A stretch of 64,000 bases of DNA from an uncultured Acidobacteriota bacterium (GTDB lineage: Bacteria > Acidobacteriota > Thermoanaerobaculia > Multivoradales > UBA5704), in NCBI GenBank assembly GCA_963770895.1, contig CAVYRF010000001.1:288001-352000 (forward strand), written 5' to 3'. The position numbers and the translations under genes were made by a program. The notes beneath the pieces were generated by a model. It ran no database searches. It had not been told where the DNA came from and worked only from the letters and a program-made list of their open reading frames with translations. Each line of letters starts with the position of its first letter. Within the stretch, counting starts at the first letter, position 1. Below, in pieces: positions 56,453 to 64,000 of the stretch.

Positions 56453-58176
56453 CGCGGCACTCCCGAGCCGGCCTGCGGGGCTGTGGCGGCGGCGGCGCCA
56501 GGCATGGGCGCCGTGGGCGTCGCGGCACCCGCGGCGCCGTTCGCCGGCGGCTTTGATGCCTTGGGCACCGCTGCCACTTCCGCCAGGGCGGTGAGGGCGA
56601 GGAACTCCGGGTCCTGCTTGAGGGCGGTGAAGACGATGTCTTCGCGCGCTTCCTTCATCTCCTTGGAGCGCACCGCGTCGTAGCGCTCGTAGCTGTAGAA
56701 GTGGCGCCGCAGCAGCGCCAGCGCCTGGTCGCGGTGGCCGAGCAGGCAGTGGATGGCCGCCAGGTTGTAGGAGGCGGCCAGCAGGTCTTCGTTGGCGTGG
56801 GCGATGCGCAGCGCTTCGTCGCGGCGGCCGTCTTCGGCGACGAAGGCGGCGACGAAGATCTGCGTGTAGGTGTCGTCGGGGTCGAGCGCCAGCGCCTTTT
56901 CGGCGAAGCCGCGGGCCTTGTCGACCTGGCCTTCGGAGTTCCAGTAGACGGCCAGGTTGCGATAGGCGAGCGGCAGCGGCCAGGCGGCGATCGACTGCTC
57001 GATGAGCGCCAGGCCGTGCGCAAAGTCGCCGTCGTGGATCGTCATCTTGCCGAGCCCGTGCAGGGCTGCCGCCCGCGAGACGGGATCGGCGGGCATGGCG
57101 AGGATGCGGCCGAAGGTGCGGCGCGCCGCCGTCCAGTCTCCCAGGTGGTGCCGCTCCAGCTCGCCCAGGTAGCGCAGCGGCACCGGGTCGGCCGCGTCGA
57201 GGCTGGCGGCGCGCGCGTAGAGGGTGGCCGCCCGCCGGTATTGCGCCGCGTCTTCGGCCGCCAGACCGGCCTGCATGATGCGCTGGATGCGCTGCCCGTC
57301 GGGATTGCCGAGGCGCGGCGGGGCGGGCCGCTGGGCGGCATCGGCCGCCACCGGGTGGCCCAGCTTCTTGAGCGCCTGCGCCGCCTTGTCGGGCACGCTG
57401 CCGGGGACCAGGCAGCGCGCCGCCCAGACCTGGCCGTAGAGGTCGGTGGCGCCCGCGGCGTCGCCCTGGCGCTCGCGGTCGCGCGCCGTGTCCAGGGTGT
57501 GGCTGGCCGCCGCCTCGCGGTTTTTCAGTTCGGTCGAAACCAGCTTTTCGACCTGCGCCGCCTTGAGCTTGCCGGCGGCGTCCGCGGCGACGCGGCCGAG
57601 CACCTTGCCGCTGGAGTCGGCGAGGACCACCGACGCCGCCGATGCCGCCGTGGCGTCGCCGGCGAAGCGCGACCGCAGGTCGTGGTTGTCGTCGGGCACC
57701 AGCGCCAGGGCGACGCAGCGGGTGGTCGCCAGGGTGAGATCGCGCGACGCCTGGAGGTCGGACGCCTTGGCTTCCTTGGCGCTGGTGGGGAACCAGTACA
57801 GCACCAGGCTGTCGACCGGCGCCCCCGCCGGCGCGGCGACCGGCGCCGGCACCTCGTCGCCGGCGTGCACCACGCTCCAGGGCGAATGGTAGGTGTTGCC
57901 GCCGGCACCGCGGCTGCTGCCGGCGGCGCCGCGCATCCCCACCGGCCCGCCGCCCATGCCGATGCCGCCCTGGCCGCCACCGCCGCCGCCGCCGCAGGTC
58001 GCCGCAGCCGGCAGTGACGCCAGCAGGCCCAAAGCGGCGGCAAAGCCGGCGGCCCGCGCGGCGAGCGCCAGCGGCGTGCGCGACGTGGGCGTCGTCTGCG
58101 GCATCGGCACCGTGAGCGCCGCGGGCGCCGTCAGCGGCATGGCCGGCTTCTTGGGGAGGGTTGTCGAGCTGTTCAT
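56449..58176 (-). CDS. Exported TPR-repeat protein with Cys-Gly7 N-terminal motif
   Basis: Signal peptide ending AAA-TCGGGGGGG; C-terminal TPR helices (AYRNLAVYW, YNLAAIHCLLG); SD aaggag. Confidence 0.75.
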   Translation of the reverse strand: MNSSTTLPKKPAMPLTAPAALTVPMPQTTPTSRTPLALAARAAGFAAALGLLASLPAAATCGGGGGGGQGGIGMGGGPVGMRGAAGSSRGAGGNTYHSPWSVVHAGDEVPAPVAAPAGAPVDSLVLYWFPTSAKEAKASDLQASRDLTLATTRCVALALVPDDNHDLRSRFAGDATAASAASVVLADSSGKVLGRVAADAAGKLKAAQVEKLVSTELKNREAAASHTLDTARDRERQGDAAGATDLYGQVWAARCLVPGSVPDKAAQALKKLGHPVAADAAQRPAPPRLGNPDGQRIQRIMQAGLAAEDAAQYRRAATLYARAASLDAADPVPLRYLGELERHHLGDWTAARRTFGRILAMPADPVSRAAALHGLGKMTIHDGDFAHGLALIEQSIAAWPLPLAYRNLAVYWNSEGQVDKARGFAEKALALDPDDTYTQIFVAAFVAEDGRRDEALRIAHANEDLLAASYNLAAIHCLLGHRDQALALLRRHFYSYERYDAVRSKEMKEAREDIVFTALKQDPEFLALTALAEVAAVPKASKPPANGAAGAATPTAPMPGAAAATAPQAGSGVPR

Positions 58177-58257
58177 GGCGGCGCTCTCCTTGGCAGCATT
58201 TGCGCGCGGGCAGTATACCCAATGGGGCGCCCGGCCGTTCTCATGTAAGTGCCGCCG

Positions 58258-60188
58258 TCAGTCCTCGGGGTTCAGGATTTCCTGTGACGGATCGAGCCGG
58301 TCCCACAGGGCGCCGGCGACGCGCACCAGCAGGGCCGCCTCGGCCAGCAGCGGCAGGGCGCCCAGCACCGCCAGCGGCAGCAGCTGCCAGAGCGCCGGCG
58401 CCAGCCCCCACCAGCGCGCCAGCAACGCCGCCGCCACCACCAGCAGGGCGGCGGGGATCAGGCCCACCGCCAGCACCACCAGGTTGGCCAGCATCACCAG
58501 CAGCCGCGCCCCGGCCAGCGCCGAGCCGGCGCGCCGCTCGCTGCCCAGCCGCGCCCAGCCGGGCAGCACCAGCACCCCGAGGTTGTGGAACGCCAGCGAC
58601 AGCAGGGTGATCGGGATGCCGATCAGCAGCAGCCCCAGCGCCAGGCTGGCGATCGCCGGCACGAAGCCGCCGCCGCCACCTCCGCCGGCGGCGCCCGCCA
58701 GGCGCTCGCCCAGCCGCGCCAGGTCGTCGGGCGCCCCGGCCGGCATCCGGCCGCCGGTGGCGAGCAGGCTGCCGACGACCAGGGCGAAGCCGGTGAGCGT
58801 CAACCCCAGCACCGAGGTCGCCGGCGCCAGCAGCTCGCCCGCCACCAGGCGCCAGCCGCGCAGCGGCCAGGGGCGCAGCACCTCCAGGTGCAGCAGGTCC
58901 GTGCGCAGATCGTGGCGCTGGTTGGCGCCGGCGACGAGCGGCGGCACCACCAGCAGCACGAAGCCGCCGAACGCCGCCGGCAGCAGGTAGGGCAGCGGCG
59001 CCGGGAACGTCCTGGCCAGGACCCAGATCGCGACCCCCGGCAGCGCCGCGATCGCCGCCCGGCGGCGCAGCGGCGTGCGGCGCGCCGCCATCAGGTTCTT
59101 CCAATAGATGGCCAGCTCGGGCATGCCCGCCGGCGCCAGCGCGAAGGGTTCGCGGCGGCGATCGCGCGCCGCCGGCGCCGGCAGCGCCCGCTGGCGCGTG
59201 CGCCGCTCGGCCTGACGGCGGGCCCGCTCCACGGCGGCGTCTTCGAAGCGCGCGCGCGAGCGCACCACCCACTCGTAGTGGGCGACCACCATCAGGGCCA
59301 GGAAGCAGGCCGCCAGCGGCCATTGCGTGCCGCCGCCGGCCCCCGCCGCCGTCAGGCCTGAGAGCTGGCCGCCGCGCACGATGAAGGCCAGGGCCACCCA
59401 GCGCATCGGCGCCAGCAGGATGGTCAGCACCGCCGGCGGCGCCGCGACCAGCTGGCGCAGGGCGGCGCGCAGCGCGGCGGTGTCGAACGGTTGCCCCCGT
59501 GGCGCGAGCTGCACCAGGTGGACGCCGTGCAGCGCCACCGCCAGGCCGTGGCCGACGGCGGTCCAGTAGGCGACGCCGATGGCGACGGCCAGGGCGACCC
59601 GCCAGCGCGCCGCGGCGGGCGGCAGCTCGCGCAGGCGCGCCTTCCACAGGCGGACCCCGCGGGTGTGCAGGCCGATCAGCAGCAGCACGGCCCAGGTGGT
59701 GACCAGGCGCAGCAGCCGCACGCCCGGCGGGCCGTAGCCGCGAAAGATGGTGAGCACCAGCGAGGCGGTGAGCAGGCCGGCCTGCTGGCGCCAGATCGAC
59801 AGCTCGATGATCGTGCGCCGCGGCAGCGGCGCCGGCAGCAGCAGGTTGATGTCGGCTTCGCTCAGCTGCAGCGCCGGCTTGGCGGAGCCGAAGGCCCACA
59901 GCAGCGTCGTGGCGGCGGCAAGCCCCAGCGCCGCCAGCCAGACGATCAGCCCCATGACGTCGGCAGCGGCGTCGCCGGGGCCGAGGCCGGCGCCGGCGGG
60001 GAGCGCGCTACCGAACGGCGCGCCGCCGCGGCCGCGCCCCATGCCGCCCCAGCCCTGGCGGAAGGTGAAGGCGAACCAGGCCGCCGAGGCCAGGAAGGCG
60101 ACCAGGTAGCGCGGCTGGCGCAGCAGCCGGGCGCGCCGCGCCAGCGATCCGCGCAGGCTGCGCCAGAGGATGTCGACCAGGACGCCGT

Positions 60189-60192
<4 letters not shown>
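58258..60192 (-). CDS. Putative ABC exporter permease
   Basis: Multiple TM helices; ADINLLLPAPL and DLRTDLLHLEVLRPWPL motifs; GTG overlaps the ATPase stop. Confidence 0.75.
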
Positions 60193-60923
<731 letters not shown>

Positions 60924-61070
60924 GGGCGAGGCACCAGTCTATGGCCGGGGCGCCACCCAGGTCCACGCCCGCCCCCGCGACCAGCCGCACCGGGTTCCCA
61001 GCTTTTCATCACGTGTTGACGCCGGGCGGCGATTCGGCTCAGGATTGGCGCGCCACCAGGAGCGGACCAT

Positions 61071-63335
61071 ATGGCCAAAGCAGTCAAAGCAGACAAGGCG
61101 ACCACACGATTCGAGCGCGTCCGGGAGATCCTCGACCGTGCCGCGGGGGCCAGCGCCGCGGACTATGGCGGCTTGGGGCGGTTCTGGCACCTGCCGCTGT
61201 CCGAGCTGGCCGAGCTGCGGTTGCAAGGGGTGCGGCTGATCGCGGCCAAGGGCGGCGGTCACTCGTGTTGCCACGGCGCGGCGGCGGGCGCCGGCGCGGC
61301 CGCCGGCGGCAGCGCTGGCAGCGGTGGCAGCCATGCCGGCGCCACGGCCGGCACCGCGGAGCCTTCGCCCGGCCGCGGGGCGGCGTCGGGATTGATTCAG
61401 GGGCTGCGCGGGCAGGCGCCCTTCGACGGCTCGCGGTTCCCGCGCCTGCCCTGGGGTGGCGCGGCGGTGCCCGAGGAGCAGATCCGCTTCATCTCCGACT
61501 GGATCGACGACGGCCTGCCGGAGGCCGACCGCGTGATCGCCTCGTTTCCGCTGGTCGGCGACATGACCGCGCTGGCAGCGGCGGAGACGGTGGAGATCGA
61601 TGACACGGCGGCGGCGGAGATCGGCGCCGCCGGCACCGGCGACCAGGCCGGCCTGGCGCACGCCACCCACAGCATGGTCGCCGGCGCCGACCAGTACACC
61701 TACGAGCACGGCGAACCGCGCCACCGCATGAACCTGGACTGCATGTCGCCGGCACAGCTGGAAAAGCTGCGCTACGCCTTTCGCGAGATGTACCGGCTGA
61801 ACAAGTGGCCGGCGGATCGGCGCAGCTACAACAACCTGGCGCAGATCCACCAGGACCACTGCCAGCACGGCTGGGAGCGCTTCCTGCCGTGGCACCGCAT
61901 CTATCTGTACGAGTTCGAGCAGGCGATGCAGGACCTGGTGCCGGACGTCTCGCTGCCCTATTGGGATTGGGTCATGCCGCAGTACTGCCCGCGCCACCCC
62001 GAGCGCGGCATCCGCATCCCGACTTCGTTTCAGGCCTTTCTGACGCCCGCCGCGATCGACGACCTGAAAGATGGCGCACCGGCGCTGCCGGCCGCCGCGG
62101 CGCGCAAGCTGGCCAAGGCGATGACCGGCAAACATTACGCGACGTTGAGCGGGTTCTTTGAAGCGGTCGGCGCGGCGATCGGTCCCAGGTACGCGGAAGG
62201 GCTGTACCGCAACCGTTTTATCGACGCCCTGCTGGCCGTCAACTCGCTGTGGTATCCGCTGCGCTACCCCGGCCAATATCAAACCAAGGACGGCGCGCCG
62301 TCGACGATCAACAAGGCGATCCATTACCACTATCCCAAGCCCGAGGACATCGACGAGATCCTCAGCTTGCGGAGCTTCCGCGACTTCGGCGGCGGCAGCC
62401 TGTACAACGATTCGTTCGGTTTTCTGGATCAGAACCCGCACAACACGATGCACATCTGGACCGGCGGCATGAACCCCGACTACGGCAAGGCGCCGGCCGG
62501 CCTCGCCAGCGCCGCCGGGATGACCGCCGACAAGGCCGCCGCGGCGGCGGCGCTCGCGCCCGGCGGCGACGCCGGCACCGACCGCAACCGCGGCATCCTG
62601 GTGGCGGGCCGCCGCTTCCATTCGCGCGACGACATGTACAGCCAGCAGCAGTTCGGCGACATGTTCAGCAACCTGACGGCGTCGTACGACCCGGTGTTCT
62701 GGCCGATCCACGTCAACGTCGACCGCCTGTGGTGGGAGTGGCAGCAGATGCACCCGCAATCGGTGCCCTCCGACCTGGCGTCGGTGCTGACGCCGTGGAG
62801 CTACACCATCGCCGACACCCTGGAGATCAGCCGTTTCGGCTACGAATACGTGCGCAGCTCGTGCGTCATCCCGGTCGGCACCGGCGCGCCGGTGGGGCGG
62901 TTCGTGTCGCAGCCGATCGGCATCGCCCCCGCGGTGCGCTCGTTCCGCCAGGCCGAGGTGCGCCTGCACCGGGTGCCGCAGCTGGACCGGTCCTGTTTCA
63001 TCCGCGTCTTTCTCAACCTGGCCGACGCCGATGCCGCGACGTCCATCGACGACCCGCACTATGCCGGCTACCTGGCGGTCTTCGGCCACGGCGCCTGCGT
63101 CGGCGGGCCGGGGCATTGCGAGGCGCCGCCCAGCCGGCCGCGCAAGTACGACCTGCGGCCGCGCAGCCACAACACGCCGCGCAACCATCGCGTCAACGTC
63201 ACCAGCACCGCCCGCCGCCTGCTCGACGAAGGCGCCAGCTCGCTCGCCATCACGCTGGTGGTGATCGGCGCCGACTACTGCGCCGATCCCGAGCTGCTGC
63301 GCCTGGAAGGCGTATCGCTCAATTTTCTCGACTGA
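61071..63335 (+). CDS. Tyrosinase / type-3 copper protein with N- and C-terminal accessory domains
   Basis: CuA HQDHCQHGWERFLPWHR; CuB PHNTMH...DPVFWPIHVNVDRLW; C-terminal CVGGPGHC; SD aggag. Confidence 0.9.
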   Translation: MAKAVKADKATTRFERVREILDRAAGASAADYGGLGRFWHLPLSELAELRLQGVRLIAAKGGGHSCCHGAAAGAGAAAGGSAGSGGSHAGATAGTAEPSPGRGAASGLIQGLRGQAPFDGSRFPRLPWGGAAVPEEQIRFISDWIDDGLPEADRVIASFPLVGDMTALAAAETVEIDDTAAAEIGAAGTGDQAGLAHATHSMVAGADQYTYEHGEPRHRMNLDCMSPAQLEKLRYAFREMYRLNKWPADRRSYNNLAQIHQDHCQHGWERFLPWHRIYLYEFEQAMQDLVPDVSLPYWDWVMPQYCPRHPERGIRIPTSFQAFLTPAAIDDLKDGAPALPAAAARKLAKAMTGKHYATLSGFFEAVGAAIGPRYAEGLYRNRFIDALLAVNSLWYPLRYPGQYQTKDGAPSTINKAIHYHYPKPEDIDEILSLRSFRDFGGGSLYNDSFGFLDQNPHNTMHIWTGGMNPDYGKAPAGLASAAGMTADKAAAAAALAPGGDAGTDRNRGILVAGRRFHSRDDMYSQQQFGDMFSNLTASYDPVFWPIHVNVDRLWWEWQQMHPQSVPSDLASVLTPWSYTIADTLEISRFGYEYVRSSCVIPVGTGAPVGRFVSQPIGIAPAVRSFRQAEVRLHRVPQLDRSCFIRVFLNLADADAATSIDDPHYAGYLAVFGHGACVGGPGHCEAPPSRPRKYDLRPRSHNTPRNHRVNVTSTARRLLDEGASSLAITLVVIGADYCADPELLRLEGVSLNFLD

Positions 63336-63359
63336 GCATCGAGCCGAGGACGACCGACC

Positions 63360-64000
63360 ATGACCACCGGCTACAAGATACATCCCGGCATCGGCATCGC
63401 GCGGCTGGGCAACGCGCCCGAAAGCTTCTGCATCTCGCCCGAAGCGCCGGCGGCGCTGCCCATCGATTGCGACGCGCGCGGCAATCCGCTGCTTTCGCCG
63501 GATGGCAAGAGCGAACTGACGATCCGCAAGTTCAAGGACGGCGAAGGGCGCATCAAGCGCCAGGCGGCGCGCTTCCAGGTCTACGTCTACGACGACGAAA
63601 GCCCCGAAGGGCGGCCGCTGCGCATGGGCGACCCGGTGTCGGGCGGCGGCAACCAGGGCTTCCTGATCGACATCCAGTGGCGCGCCTACCTGGCCAACAA
63701 GAAGTCCTCCTGGTACGAATTCATGCAGCTGGCCGGCGAGCACGGCTATGCGCCCGACCACCCGCGGCGCAACGCCGACATCGCCGATCCCGGCGCGCGC
63801 CAGCGGCTGATCATCGATCCCGGGCCGCGCATCGTCGACTGCACCCGCACCCGCGGCGCCCGCTTCGACCGCGACGGCGGCGACGTCTACGCCACGACCT
63901 TTCCGCCGCCGCTCAAACCGTGCCCCATCGACACCCTGGGCGAAATCATGACCGACGACAGCGGGCGCCTGCTGGTGCTGGGCGGTCACGGTCATTCCGG
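63360..64000 (+). CDS. LodA/GoxA-family CTQ-dependent amino-acid oxidase (5' part, runs off the window)
   Basis: Hand translation from ATG 63360: MTTGYKIHPGIGIARLGN...FKDGEGRIKRQAARF...LANKKSSWYEF...LIIDPGPR...LGEIMTDDSGRLLVLGGHG; not in the ORF track. Confidence 0.88.
   Translation, partial: MTTGYKIHPGIGIARLGNAPESFCISPEAPAALPIDCDARGNPLLSPDGKSELTIRKFKDGEGRIKRQAARFQVYVYDDESPEGRPLRMGDPVSGGGNQGFLIDIQWRAYLANKKSSWYEFMQLAGEHGYAPDHPRRNADIADPGARQRLIIDPGPRIVDCTRTRGARFDRDGGDVYATTFPPPLKPCPIDTLGEIMTDDSGRLLVLGGHGHS

Overview
High-GC bacterial chromosomal window. Gene content, long Ala/Gly-rich linkers and KKLxLxRETL peptides suggest an Acidobacteriota/Thermoanaerobaculia-like organism (inference only). 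Most of it is a mosaic of housekeeping and accessory genes: an M1 aminopeptidase, Ku, a c-type cytochrome, HicBA, an hcrCAB-like molybdenum hydroxylase, MprF, an NYN-domain protein, PilT, an M16 peptidase pair, a double-domain FKBP, Tag, two M28 peptidases, a porin-yjcH-actP operon and three ABC systems. An accessory island at about 43.0-51.4 kb holds a decayed ATPase+HNH (Septu/PtuAB-like) module, two PIN toxin-antitoxin pairs, an AraC/SDR pair and an ars cluster; its left part (43.0-45.7 kb) is partitioned by three copies of a ~60-70 bp hairpin repeat. The most notable items are: (1) two tandem Cys/Ser/Thr-rich RiPP-like precursor genes with a shared leader and no adjacent modifying enzyme, one of them below the ORF-track cutoff; (2) a lipoprotein EndoU nuclease followed by a YacL-like gene; (3) an HcrA-like subunit with Gln at the catalytic Glu position; (4) a tyrosinase followed by a LodA/GoxA-type oxidase that runs off the right edge. 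I recognised no tRNA, rRNA, CRISPR array, integrase or transposase. Family calls come from motif recognition, not database searches.
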